Under the pieces are notes generated by a model. That model was not told the origin of the DNA. It ran no database searches and saw only the letters and a program-made list of their open reading frames with translations. A program made the translations under genes and the position numbers. 64,000 nt of DNA from IMG/VR virus record IMGVR_UViG_3300025929_000013, positions 32,001-96,000 of that record; one strand, given 5' to 3'. Source of the stretch: a virus. The stretch's first letter is position 1. Every line of letters begins with the position of its first letter. Shown here piece after piece: positions 48,776-58,232 of this stretch.

Positions 48776-51700
48776 TCACAGTCCCACCGCCATCTGCTTG
48801 ATCCGCGGGTCGTTCGCGATCGCGGTGACGAACTGGTTCGCGGCGGCATTCGCGGCCTGTGCGGTGGCGTTCGGGATGGTGACCTGCACGCTGCCGGGCG
48901 CGAACTGCAACACGACCCCGCCCGCTGATTTCCCGCCGCCGGTGCCGGGGGAGTAGAGGCTGTTTTTCAGCAGCTCGTCGCGAATCGTGCTGGCGGGGTC
49001 GGCGGGCACCACCATCTCGCCCTTGTGCAGTGCGGCGGTCTGGTCTTCCGGTACTGACCAGGCCCCGCTCTTGTATCCGACATAGCCGCGCCCCGCGTTG
49101 ACGGCGACCACCCCGGGCACTTTGTCCAGGCTGCCGTAGCGGGCGATGGCGTATTTGGCGCCCGCGATGATGTTGTCGACCGGGTTCCAAATATCCGTAT
49201 GTCCGGCCATGGCGTAGCTCTTGAACGTCGAGGGGATCGTCTGCATGATCCCCTCGCTCGGGTGCCCCGCCATGGCGTTGCTGTCCGTCAAGTTGATGGA
49301 CCAGGGGTCGCCGCCGCTCTCGTGCTGGGCGATGATGTTGATGTCGCTCGCGTCCGAGGTCGGCAGCCCGGCGATCGCGAGGGCGGTGTTGATCCAGGAG
49401 GCCAGGGTGCCCGGCGGTTTGGCGCCGGTGGGGACGGCGTAGCTGTGCCCGAACTTGTCGGTCACCTTCCCGTTCACGGCGCCGGGTCCGAGGTTCGCGC
49501 CGGATTGCGGGTCGACGTTGTTCGTGCCCGCGGAGTTGTTCTGGGTCTTGGTCGGCGGCGCGTACTTACCCGACAGGGCGGTCGAGAGGGCGTCGACCTC
49601 GTTGATCGAGCCGTTGGGGCCGACCAGCTGTGGGGCCGCGGTGCCGGTGGCGCCGTTGCCGCCGGTGGCCGCCGCGTTCTGCCCGGCGCTGTCGCCGCCC
49701 CCGCCCACCACCCGCCGCATGGTGGGGAACTCCTTGGGCGAATAGGCGCGCCGGTTGACGTTCACCCCCGAGTGTGGGGCTTCGACCAGCATCCCGCCCC
49801 CGACGCACATGGCGACATGGCCGGGTTCCGGGAACATCAGGTCGCCGGGTGCCTCGGCGCCGGGGGTGACCGGGGAGCCGATGGTCATCTGCGCCTGGCT
49901 GGTGCGCGGGATCGAGACCCCGCCGCTCTTGTACGCCGCCTGCGTCAGGCCCGAGCAGTCATAAGCGTCCGGCCCTGTGGCGCCCCACTGATACGGCTTG
50001 CCGACCTGCGCGAGGACGAAGGACACGGCGGCGCGCGCGGCACCGGCGCCCGCGGTGGATGCGCCCTTGGCCGGGGTCACCCCGCTGGGGGCGCCGCCGA
50101 CGGGCGTGCTGGTCGACGCGCCGGAACCCAGCCCGTAGGTGGTGATGCCCGGGTTCAGTCCGTTGCTGGTGTTCAGGGGGTTGGTCTGGGCGGTACTGAA
50201 CGCCTGGGGGTTGGTCGGGGTGTTGACACGGTCCTTGTGCCAGTCCCACAGCGACTGGGCCAGGCCGACCGTGCCACCGATGACGCCGCCGACCACGGTG
50301 CCTTCGGGTCCGAACATCGACCCGATCAGCGCCCCGGACCCGGCCATGCCCGCGATGTTGACCCCGGTGCGCGCCAGTTCGCGGCCGTTGCTTGCGCCCG
50401 GCCCGGCGTGGGAGATGCCCTGCGCGAGCTGCCCGGTGGCGTATGCACCGCCGAGTCCGGCCCCGATGACGCCGAGCGCGCCGAGCCCGGCCGCGCCCTC
50501 GGACAGGCCCATCATCCCGAAGCGGCTGGCGAAGGTGTCGCCCATGCCCTGGAACAAACCCCCGGCGCCGAGCCGTCCCAGGCCCCCGCGCAGGAACCCT
50601 GCCCCGCCGCGCCACGCCGCTCCTCCGAGCGCCAGGCCGCCGAGCTGGGTGGCCGTGCCCGCGACCCCGCCGAGGATGCCCCCCACGCCCCCGCCGCCAC
50701 CGCCCAGGCGCCCGGCGGTGTAACCGCCCGACAGGGCTCCTAGGCCGTTGGTGAACCCGGGGAACGTGGACGCGAAACCCCCCGCGGTGGCCAAACCGGA
50801 ACCCACGCCGGTGTCGTTCAGGATCGTGCTCAGGGCCTGGTTGAAGGAGTTCAGGAGGTTGACCGAGTCCTGGAGCGAGGAGTTGAAGTCACCGTACTGA
50901 TCAGCGGTGCGCCCGGCCTTGGTCGCCTGGAGGTTCTTGATGTCCTGCACGGTGGTGGCGCCCATGCCGTACTGCGAGAGCTGCGACATCGCGCCCTTGT
51001 CGCCGCGCGACGCCTTGGTCATCAGGTCGTTGAGCTGCCCGGGGGTGGCGCCCTTGCCGATCGCGGTGTTGTACTGCTGCAAATAGCCGGTCAGCATCTG
51101 GGTCGTGCCCGGCGCCCACCCCGCCTGCGCCCCCAGGTAGCTCAGGTTGGCGTTGAGCGACCCGCCGGGGCCCAGGGCGGCGGCCAGGGTGCCGGGGGAC
51201 ACCGACTTCTGGCCGCGGAAGGTGCGCGAGAAGACGTTCTGCGCCAGGGCGAGGGGGTCGGCCTGCACGCCGCCCGCGCCGATCGGCTGCTGGTAGCCCA
51301 GTTGCAGCGCGGCCATGTTCGAGCGCGGCGAGTAGATCGACGCGAGGGAGGTGGCGACCTGCGTCTGCGACATGTAGGGGTTGGCGTAACCCATCTTGTA
51401 CATGCCGGACTGCGCGGTGAACCACGCCTTGTTCGCGGTGCCGTCGGTGTTCTGCATCGTCGCGCCCGAGTAGTAGTTCAGGATCGACGCGGCGCTCGCG
51501 GCGTCGCCGATGCTGGACGCGGTGACGTTGAGGTTCGTGCCCGAGGTGCCGTAGATCGCGGACACCGCGCGCTGGGCGGTTGCGGCGTAGCCCCCGGGGC
51601 CGATCCCGGAGTTGAGGACCCCCTGGTAGGCGGCGCGGTCCATGGTCAGGATGTTGGGCGTGGTGCGCTGGGCGTACCCGGTCAGCATGTGGAAGCCGCC

Positions 51701-52111
51701 GGTGACCGCCATGCCCGCGGCCATGCCGCGCATCGACGGCCCGCCGTCGCCCCCGCCGTTGCCGCCCCCGGGCTGTCCGCCGCCCAGGCGGTAGCCGATG
51801 TTCTCGAAGACGTTGCCCATGGTGCGCATGGGCTGCCCGCTGGGGGCGCGCGGCGCATAGCCCCCGCCGGTCGCGCCGGAGGACGGGTTGGTCGCGCGCA
51901 CCCCGGAGGAGGACGCGGAGGAGGAGGCGCGCCGGTAGTCGGCCATGGCGTCGGTGATCAGGCCGCCCAGTCCCCGGAGGAACCCGGAGAAGCTGCGGTC
52001 GGCCTGGTCCACGGTGCGCTGGAAGTTGTTGCTGCCCGCGCCCACCGCGTTCGCCGCGACCGGTGCCTCGGGGGTCAGGCGCGGGTCGGGGACGATCGGC
52101 TGCTCGCTCAC
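48776..52111 (-). CDS. Tape measure protein with NlpC/P60 and lytic transglycosylase domains
   Basis: 1111 aa, Gly/Ala-rich; GKPYQWGA.GP..YDCSGL; HESGG...GIMQ..P.TF. Confidence 0.92.
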   Translation of the reverse strand: MSEQPIVPDPRLTPEAPVAANAVGAGSNNFQRTVDQADRSFSGFLRGLGGLITDAMADYRRASSSASSSGVRATNPSSGATGGGYAPRAPSGQPMRTMGNVFENIGYRLGGGQPGGGNGGGDGGPSMRGMAAGMAVTGGFHMLTGYAQRTTPNILTMDRAAYQGVLNSGIGPGGYAATAQRAVSAIYGTSGTNLNVTASSIGDAASAASILNYYSGATMQNTDGTANKAWFTAQSGMYKMGYANPYMSQTQVATSLASIYSPRSNMAALQLGYQQPIGAGGVQADPLALAQNVFSRTFRGQKSVSPGTLAAALGPGGSLNANLSYLGAQAGWAPGTTQMLTGYLQQYNTAIGKGATPGQLNDLMTKASRGDKGAMSQLSQYGMGATTVQDIKNLQATKAGRTADQYGDFNSSLQDSVNLLNSFNQALSTILNDTGVGSGLATAGGFASTFPGFTNGLGALSGGYTAGRLGGGGGGVGGILGGVAGTATQLGGLALGGAAWRGGAGFLRGGLGRLGAGGLFQGMGDTFASRFGMMGLSEGAAGLGALGVIGAGLGGAYATGQLAQGISHAGPGASNGRELARTGVNIAGMAGSGALIGSMFGPEGTVVGGVIGGTVGLAQSLWDWHKDRVNTPTNPQAFSTAQTNPLNTSNGLNPGITTYGLGSGASTSTPVGGAPSGVTPAKGASTAGAGAARAAVSFVLAQVGKPYQWGATGPDAYDCSGLTQAAYKSGGVSIPRTSQAQMTIGSPVTPGAEAPGDLMFPEPGHVAMCVGGGMLVEAPHSGVNVNRRAYSPKEFPTMRRVVGGGGDSAGQNAAATGGNGATGTAAPQLVGPNGSINEVDALSTALSGKYAPPTKTQNNSAGTNNVDPQSGANLGPGAVNGKVTDKFGHSYAVPTGAKPPGTLASWINTALAIAGLPTSDASDINIIAQHESGGDPWSINLTDSNAMAGHPSEGIMQTIPSTFKSYAMAGHTDIWNPVDNIIAGAKYAIARYGSLDKVPGVVAVNAGRGYVGYKSGAWSVPEDQTAALHKGEMVVPADPASTIRDELLKNSLYSPGTGGGKSAGGVVLQFAPGSVQVTIPNATAQAANAAANQFVTAIANDPRIKQMAVGL

Positions 52112-52272
52112 GACGCGCTCGCCCTCCTTTCGGCGTCGTACCTGGCCAGGGACATCCAGTAGCGGCGCTCACGCGCGGTGAGCGCCTTGATCTCCGTCAG
52201 CGTCCAGCCCGGGTGGACCCGGGCGAGGATCGAGGTGGTGCGGTAGACCTCTGCCACCGAGCTAGATGCGAA
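52108..52272 (-). CDS. C-terminal extension of the tail assembly chaperone (probable frameshift product)
   Basis: GWTLTEIKAL..RER.YW in the +1 frame relative to the chaperone; no clear RBS. Confidence 0.6.
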   Translation of the reverse strand, partial: FASSSVAEVYRTTSILARVHPGWTLTEIKALTARERRYWMSLARYDAERRASAS

Positions 52273-53110
52273 ACAGATCGCCCGCGGAGACGGGGACGGC
52301 AACCTCCTGTCCGCACTCCTGGTGCGTCATGGTGATCTCGTCGTAGCGGGGCCCGTAGGTGTTCTCGGTGACCGCGTCCAGCAGGGCCTTGCGATCCGCC
52401 AGGCCGAGCGAGCGCGCCAGGGCCATCGACCCGGACACCGCGCTCTTGCCGGGCAGCTCGCAGGACACGATCACCCGCGAGAGCAGCAGCGTGTTCTGCT
52501 CCGGCACGGTCAGCTCGCGCCCGTCGAACTCCATCTGGTCGTGGCCGGTGGGCTGGCGCAGCTGCGCGTGCCCGCCGCCGCGCAGCTCGACCTCGAACAC
52601 CCGGCACACCGGGTCCTCGGGGCCTTTGATCTCCACCTGGCCCAGGTGCACCGTCAGGTCCGAGAGCGCGCTGCACTGCGGGCAGCGAAAGCGCGGTACT
52701 GAGAGCGTGTCGCCGTAGGTCGCCATCCGGATCGCCAGCAGCAGGGTGTCGCGGTCCGCGGCTGTGAGCTCGCGCAGCAGCTCCTTGGTCGCCGGGGTGT
52801 CGCCGATCTCGACGGTGCCGAGCGAGACGACGGTGTCCATCCAGCGCAGGTAGCTGCCCGAGACCCTGGCCAGGGCCTCGTCGTCCGCGCCCGTCAGCTC
52901 CCGCACCCGCGCGGTGCGCAGCGCCCGCCCGTCCTGCAAGCGCCCGAAGGGCAGGCGCACGGTGGTGTCCGGCGGCGCCGCGAGCTCCGGCTCGGTGGCC
53001 GGGCCGAACGCGCTCTCGATCGCCGCCGCGATGCCGCCGGGGTTCTCGCTCGCCTTGAAGGCGGTGGCCTGCCCCCCGAAGGCGTCGAAACTCCCGCGGT
53101 CGTAGTCCAT
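52262..53110 (-). CDS. Tail assembly chaperone / hub-assembly protein
   Basis: Between tube and tape measure; VRELTG.D, DRD.LLL.IR..TYG and CPQC. Confidence 0.8.
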   Translation of the reverse strand: MDYDRGSFDAFGGQATAFKASENPGGIAAAIESAFGPATEPELAAPPDTTVRLPFGRLQDGRALRTARVRELTGADDEALARVSGSYLRWMDTVVSLGTVEIGDTPATKELLRELTAADRDTLLLAIRMATYGDTLSVPRFRCPQCSALSDLTVHLGQVEIKGPEDPVCRVFEVELRGGGHAQLRQPTGHDQMEFDGRELTVPEQNTLLLSRVIVSCELPGKSAVSGSMALARSLGLADRKALLDAVTENTYGPRYDEITMTHQECGQEVAVPVSAGDLFRI

Positions 53111-53130
53111 GTCGGTTCCCTTGTTCTAGG

Positions 53131-53718
53131 TCAGTTGGGCGGCGCGACGGAGTCACCGGATCCGGGCTTCTGGGCGAAGTTGACGTCCCACCCCTCATGG
53201 GCGAGTGTCATCTGGCTGACAAGGAACCCGTTCCCTGCCGCGTCAAGGTCCGTAAATGAAACCTGTGTTGGCCAAGCGTTGTATACGCGGAAAGCGGCCT
53301 TGACCGTGACGTTCGCCGCGGTGACCGGGTGGTCCAGCACGAGGATGTCGATGTTCGAGCGGAAGTCCTGGTCGTTGGTCCAGTTGCCGGTGCCCTGCTG
53401 AACCAGGAACAGGGCCTTGATCCAGTCGAGCGCCGGGGCGTCCCCGAGGATCACGCCTTTCTGCAACACCAACGGCCCAAAATCGCTCTGACCTGGCATC
53501 TTTTGCGTAGTCACGTTATACGCACCTTGACGGTAAGCAATGATGTCCGTCTGCATCCCGAGCCCGGACACGCTCATGAAGCCGATCGGAACCGGCGTCG
53601 CGCTGCCCCCTGAACCGAAGACAGGGTGGTTAATTATGACGTGGAATTTAAAATTCCGAAGCGGGTCGCTAGCGTAATTCGCGAAGGACGGCGACTGGGT
53701 GACCGTGCTGGTGGCCAT
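53131..53718 (-). CDS. Tail tube protein (T4 gp19-like)
   Basis: DPLRNFKF, GF..VSGL, YRQG, K.PG, NAWP and L.HEG. Confidence 0.93.
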   Translation of the reverse strand: MATSTVTQSPSFANYASDPLRNFKFHVIINHPVFGSGGSATPVPIGFMSVSGLGMQTDIIAYRQGAYNVTTQKMPGQSDFGPLVLQKGVILGDAPALDWIKALFLVQQGTGNWTNDQDFRSNIDILVLDHPVTAANVTVKAAFRVYNAWPTQVSFTDLDAAGNGFLVSQMTLAHEGWDVNFAQKPGSGDSVAPPN

Positions 53719-53767
53719 CTGCTCCCCCTCTCGGGGATCATGCGACGATCAGGGACCGAGGGGGTTG

Positions 53768-55303
53768 TCATGCCAGGTTGGAGGCGACCTGGGTCGTGCT
53801 GTCGAAGAGGCCGATCGAGATCACGACGTACTCCGCCGGATTCGAGAGGGCAACGCCGACCGAGACGTTGACCTGCCCGACCGAGCTGGTCGCCGGGGTG
53901 TTGTTGGTCTGGTCGCACACCACCCAGTACGCCGTGCTGGCCTGGGTGGAGGCGAAGTAGCCCGCCTGCATCAAGGCACTGAGCTGCTGGTTCACCACCG
54001 AGTTGATCTTGCCCCACAGGATGTAGTTGTTGGGCTGGGCGATCGCGAATTGCAGGGAGCGCTTGAACAGGTTCTCGATGTACATCAGGGTGCGGCGCAC
54101 CGAGATGTAGCGGCTCGGCATCCCATAAGCCAGTGTACGTACACCCATGATGCAGTAGCCGTACTGGGGGACCTGGCGGATGATGTTGATGCCGTCGGTG
54201 TTGAGGGTGTCCAGGTCCGCCGCGGCGAACACGGTGTCCACGCTCACGGTGTTGGCCAGCGCCGTGGTCACCCCGCCCGGCGAGAGATAGGTCCCCTTGG
54301 CGGCGTCCGCGGCGGCGAACTGCCCGAGCACCGCTCCGCCCGGCGGCAGCGTGCGCACCGCGCCCACGGCCAGGGAGCTGGGGTCGTTGACCACGAGCCA
54401 GGGCCCGTACGCCGCGGCGTAGGAGGTCTGGGTGAACGGGGTGCCGGACCCCGCGTTCGGGGCCAGCGCCTCGTAGGCGGCCACCGTCGCCGAGTAGGTG
54501 GAGCTGGCCTGCGGCATGTCCACGACCAGGAACACGTTGCCCTGCGCCGCCGCCCAGGAGGTCAGCGAGTTGATCGTCGCCGCGGTACTGATGCCGGGCA
54601 GGTTCAGGTTGATGATGCCCTGCACGCTGGCCAGCTGTTCGGCCGCCGTGACCAGGTTCGGGGTCGCGACCCCGTCCGCGCCGGAGGCGAGGGGGGTGTT
54701 GGCCTGCACCGCGGGGGTCTGCGCCGTGGTCCACGGGCTCACGCTGGAGGTGTAGGCCATTGTGATCGTCTGCGACCCGGAGACCGGCGAGTTGATCAGG
54801 GGGATGATGTAGCGGGGGTCGGCCGGGTTGAAGGTGACCGCGGTGTAGCGCTCCACGACGTTGCCCGTGGTCCCGACCGCGACGCTCATGTCGAAGAACC
54901 CGCTCGACGCCGCGCCGGAGGCCGTGATGGAGATCCAGATGTTGTTGCTGGAGACCCCCACCGACTTGGCGGTGATGGTCACCAGCGACGCCGGGGTGCC
55001 CTGCTGGTCCATCAGCGTGACGTGCCCGGCGACCGCGTCCGACGCGGTGGCGCGCACGATCCAGCAGCCGTTCCCGCCATTGGTGAAATATTGATACACG
55101 GCGAAGGGCAGCAGGTCGATACCGTTGCCGAACCCGCCGTACGCGGCGGAGTACTGACCCCAGGAGGTCACCAGCTGCGGGGTGCTGGGGCCGTAGGTGC
55201 AGGTGCCGCAGAAGGCCGCGAGCGCGGCGCCGCTGTCCTCCACGCCCGCCGGAAGCGGGGTGAGGGTCTCCTGGATGTAAACCCCGGGACGACCGAGGGC
55301 CAT
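53768..55303 (-). CDS. Tail sheath protein
   Basis: RPGVYIQE, P.LVTSW, LN..GIN.I, G.RTL...RYISVRR and PAEYVVI. Confidence 0.95.
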   Translation of the reverse strand: MALGRPGVYIQETLTPLPAGVEDSGAALAAFCGTCTYGPSTPQLVTSWGQYSAAYGGFGNGIDLLPFAVYQYFTNGGNGCWIVRATASDAVAGHVTLMDQQGTPASLVTITAKSVGVSSNNIWISITASGAASSGFFDMSVAVGTTGNVVERYTAVTFNPADPRYIIPLINSPVSGSQTITMAYTSSVSPWTTAQTPAVQANTPLASGADGVATPNLVTAAEQLASVQGIINLNLPGISTAATINSLTSWAAAQGNVFLVVDMPQASSTYSATVAAYEALAPNAGSGTPFTQTSYAAAYGPWLVVNDPSSLAVGAVRTLPPGGAVLGQFAAADAAKGTYLSPGGVTTALANTVSVDTVFAAADLDTLNTDGINIIRQVPQYGYCIMGVRTLAYGMPSRYISVRRTLMYIENLFKRSLQFAIAQPNNYILWGKINSVVNQQLSALMQAGYFASTQASTAYWVVCDQTNNTPATSSVGQVNVSVGVALSNPAEYVVISIGLFDSTTQVASNLA

Positions 55304-55313
55304 GGTGGTGCTC

Positions 55314-55928
55314 CTACTCTGGGCTCGCCCCGATGGGCTCGACGGTCAGGTTCAGGTCGGTCGCCGGGACGGGAGTGTCGATCGGGGCCCAGAGCAGCTC
55401 GGCGACGGTGCGGATGCGCCAGACCGCGCGCAGCAGGCGCTTGCCCTGCTCGTCGCGCACGGCGTCGGTGTCGGGGCCGCCTACGACATCCAGGCGGCGC
55501 ACCGTGTTGTCCTGCGGAACGACCAGGTAGCCGTAGCGCGGAGGCAGGAGATCGAAGGTGGTCAGCTGCGCGAGCAGCGCGGTGAGATGCAGCGCCTTGC
55601 GACACAGCAGGGTGACCGAGTAGTCCAAGAACATGGGGATCGGGAACTCGCTCCAGTAGGGCGAGGCCGCCATCCCCGGCGCCCCGGGGTAGGAGCGGTA
55701 GCCCTCGGGGACGTAGGGGATCTGGATGTACCCGGTGTGCGCCCGCGCCGGATCGAAGACCTCGTCGACCCGGTCCAGGATGATCAGTGGGAAGCTCTGG
55801 TCGGCGTATGCGTTCTCCGGCGCGCGGTAGCGCACGGTGACCGGGCGCGCGTCGTCGTTGACGTCGGCGACCGTCAGGCCCTGGAGCTTGGCCTTGACCG
55901 CCATGTCCTCGTTGCGGAACAGGGGCAT
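55314..55928 (-). CDS. Tail terminator / completion protein
   Basis: Directly upstream of the sheath; start MPLFRNED. Confidence 0.65.
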   Translation of the reverse strand: MPLFRNEDMAVKAKLQGLTVADVNDDARPVTVRYRAPENAYADQSFPLIILDRVDEVFDPARAHTGYIQIPYVPEGYRSYPGAPGMAASPYWSEFPIPMFLDYSVTLLCRKALHLTALLAQLTTFDLLPPRYGYLVVPQDNTVRRLDVVGGPDTDAVRDEQGKRLLRAVWRIRTVAELLWAPIDTPVPATDLNLTVEPIGASPE

Positions 55929-55966
55929 CAGCGCCGCCCGACTCGAAGGCGCGCGCGTGCGAACAT
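55928..55966 (-). CDS. 12-aa Arg-rich leader ORF (MFARARLRVGRR)
   Basis: Strong RBS GAAGGAGG; TGATG overlap with the next start. Confidence 0.45.
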   Translation of the reverse strand: MFARARLRVGRR

Positions 55967-56065
55967 GGCGGCCTCCTTCAGGCGTATAGGCGGTTGTCCT
56001 GCGCACTTCCAGGATCCGCTGTATACGTGAAGGAGTGTTAGATGCTGTACATAGAGGGAGGCATG

Positions 56066-56105
56066 AAAAAGAGGGCGGCCCCCGCTCCAACAGGGACCGC
56101 CCTCT
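56066..56105 (-). terminator. Intrinsic terminator after the head-completion genes
   Basis: AGAGGGCGG...CCGCCCTCT stem followed by a T run on the minus strand. Confidence 0.75.
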
Positions 56106-56162
56106 ACGCCCGGTGCGTGCCCGACAACGCCACCGTCTCCTCGGCGATCACCCTACCAGCGT

Positions 56163-56696
56163 CTAGGACCCCAGGGCGTTCGGGTCGATCGCGTACGGCG
56201 CGAACTGCGCGTCGTCGACCAGCTCGTCCGCCTTGAGCTGGGTTCCCTCGATCTGGAGGATCAGGTCGGCGCGGCGGATCTGGCCCAGCGCCGTCATCCT
56301 CTCGATACGGAAGACCTTCTCGTCGTACACGATCCTGTCGCGCAGATACGCGTTGGTGCGCACGTCGGTACGGGTGAGGCCCACCCGGGCCATCTGCCGC
56401 CAGCCCGCGGTGACCGCGAGGGTGTCGTTGGTGTAGAAGCCCTGGGTTCCCCCGGCGCGGTCGTCGCCCTGAAGATGCACCACATGCAGCACCGGCACCG
56501 AGAACGGGCCGTGGAAGACGCGCCCCACGCCGGTGCCCTCGTCGTAGACGGGGTCCTCCACCGACAGCTCGTGGTGGAAGCGGTAGTAGTCGACGCTGTC
56601 CCCGGCGACGCTCTGGTAGCCGCGCAGCCCCTTCTCGATCGAGCGCGTCTCGGCGCCGACGGTGAACCGGCCGCGCTTGAAGTCGAGGCGCCCCAT
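56163..56696 (-). CDS. Head closure / neck protein
   Basis: Position after the adaptor gene. Confidence 0.6.
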   Translation of the reverse strand: MGRLDFKRGRFTVGAETRSIEKGLRGYQSVAGDSVDYYRFHHELSVEDPVYDEGTGVGRVFHGPFSVPVLHVVHLQGDDRAGGTQGFYTNDTLAVTAGWRQMARVGLTRTDVRTNAYLRDRIVYDEKVFRIERMTALGQIRRADLILQIEGTQLKADELVDDAQFAPYAIDPNALGS

Positions 56697-57523
56697 CACC
56701 ACCACCCGCCCGCGGTGCCGGGATCGGGGATGTCGCTGGTGTCGTCGTCGCGGTGGTCGACCTCCGGCAGCAGCCGCTGCGGCAGCGAGTAGTCGTCGTA
56801 CTCGCGCTCCTTGTACAGGGGGATGAGTCGGCCGGTGGTGCGCGAGACACGGCGCAGGTTGCCCATCTCGATGCGGTAAAAACCCACGTTGAGCTGCTCG
56901 CACAGCTCTTTGTACCGGGCGGAGACCGCGTCGATCATGCTCATCAGTTGCGCGAAGCGCTGGCCGCGGTGCACCTGCGTGCCCTCGGCGGTACTGATGT
57001 CGATGTCCGAGCTGGCGTCGGTGGCCATCGCCCACAACGCGTTCACGGTCGCCAGCAGGGACAGCGGCAGCATCTCGATCTCGGGCAGCGTGGCCAGCGT
57101 CATCGGGGTCTCCACATAGTGGATGAACCCGTTGCTGTCGCGGTTGCGGGAGGTCAGGCGACGGTCCTTGCAGTGCATGAGCACCGCTTCGTCCACGAAG
57201 ACTTCAAGCTCCGCGTCGCTGAACATCCCGGTCGCGGTGCCGGTGACGATGAGGGTCGCGTTGTCCGGCAGCGGGTTGTAGGCGCCCAGCAGCAGGACGC
57301 GCCCCTCCTCTTGCAGCAGGTTGTAGTCGCGGTCCTGGACCAGGGTCGTGGTCACCCCGCCCAGGACGTAGGTGACCTGGGCCTGCGCGATCGAGGACTC
57401 GCTCAGGTCGAATTCGCCGACCTCGCCGACGCCGCCGAAGGAGTCGCGAAACGGCGTGGGAAGGTCCCCGAGCTCCGCGCGGACCCGGGCGATGACGTCC
57501 TGAAGGGGTACCGGGCCGCTCAC
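56696..57523 (-). CDS. Head-to-tail adaptor
   Basis: RVRAELGD...FSDAEL; position in the head module. Confidence 0.65.
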   Translation of the reverse strand: MSGPVPLQDVIARVRAELGDLPTPFRDSFGGVGEVGEFDLSESSIAQAQVTYVLGGVTTTLVQDRDYNLLQEEGRVLLLGAYNPLPDNATLIVTGTATGMFSDAELEVFVDEAVLMHCKDRRLTSRNRDSNGFIHYVETPMTLATLPEIEMLPLSLLATVNALWAMATDASSDIDISTAEGTQVHRGQRFAQLMSMIDAVSARYKELCEQLNVGFYRIEMGNLRRVSRTTGRLIPLYKEREYDDYSLPQRLLPEVDHRDDDTSDIPDPGTAGGWW

Positions 57524-57533
57524 CTAAGTCACC

Positions 57534-57974
57534 TCATGCCAGGCTCATCGTCAAGGCGTTCGCGGCCAGCTGGAGCGAGTCGTTCTGTGCCGCGGCCCCG
57601 GGGGTGTCCAGCGTCCAGAGCATCAGGGGGATGCCGGAGGTGCCGGTGGACACGGTCACCAGGGCGCACATGGTCGCGGCCGGTCCGATGCCCAGGGCGC
57701 CGGTGAACGGGCCGAACAGCACCGGCGAGGAGTTCGCGACCTGATACGTCCCGGAGCTCAGCGCAGCGGCGGCGAAGGTGACGCTCTGGCGTGCGTATCC
57801 GGCGGCGGACACCTCGTTGTAGGTGGGCAGCGAGGACGGGTCGGACGGGGACGCGGTCAGCAGCATCAGGTACACCGTGCGCGACGGCGCGGAGACCACC
57901 AGCGTGGTCGCCATCGAGCCGTCCAGGTAATCGAGGCAGTACGCCGCCCCGATCGGGGTGAAGTTGCCGCTCAC
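57534..57974 (-). CDS. Virion structural protein
   Basis: Y..LLTA.P...EVS..GYARQ.V.F motif. Confidence 0.65.
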   Translation of the reverse strand: MSGNFTPIGAAYCLDYLDGSMATTLVVSAPSRTVYLMLLTASPSDPSSLPTYNEVSAAGYARQSVTFAAAALSSGTYQVANSSPVLFGPFTGALGIGPAATMCALVTVSTGTSGIPLMLWTLDTPGAAAQNDSLQLAANALTMSLA

Positions 57975-57986
57975 CGCGTCCCCCTC

Positions 57987-58232
57987 CTACTTCTGCTGCG
58001 GATGCGCGGCGGCGCGCACGAAGGCGTCCTTGGCTTCCAGGAGCTTGTGCAGCCCGGTGGTGAGCATCGGGCCGTCGAGCTTCTCGGCCATCTCGTGCGC
58101 CAGGTCGTGGACCTTCTTGGAGATCGCCGCCAGGTGCTCGGGCAGGTGGTCGAAGGAGAAGTGCCTCAGCACCTCGGCGACCGCCGGGTGGTGTTGCGGC
58201 GCGGGAGCGGCGGGCTCGGCCGGGGTGGTCAC
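57987..58232 (-). CDS. Small helical-hairpin protein, Acb2/Tad1-like candidate
   Basis: F.F.HLP.HL..ISK...DLA...GP..T.GL.KLLEAKD..VRA. Confidence 0.55.
   Translation of the reverse strand: MTTPAEPAAPAPQHHPAVAEVLRHFSFDHLPEHLAAISKKVHDLAHEMAEKLDGPMLTTGLHKLLEAKDAFVRAAAHPQQK

Noticed and set aside
43956-55303. Extracellular contractile injection system or tailocin
   Set aside because: Portal, scaffold, capsid, long tape measure and replication genes show it is a phage
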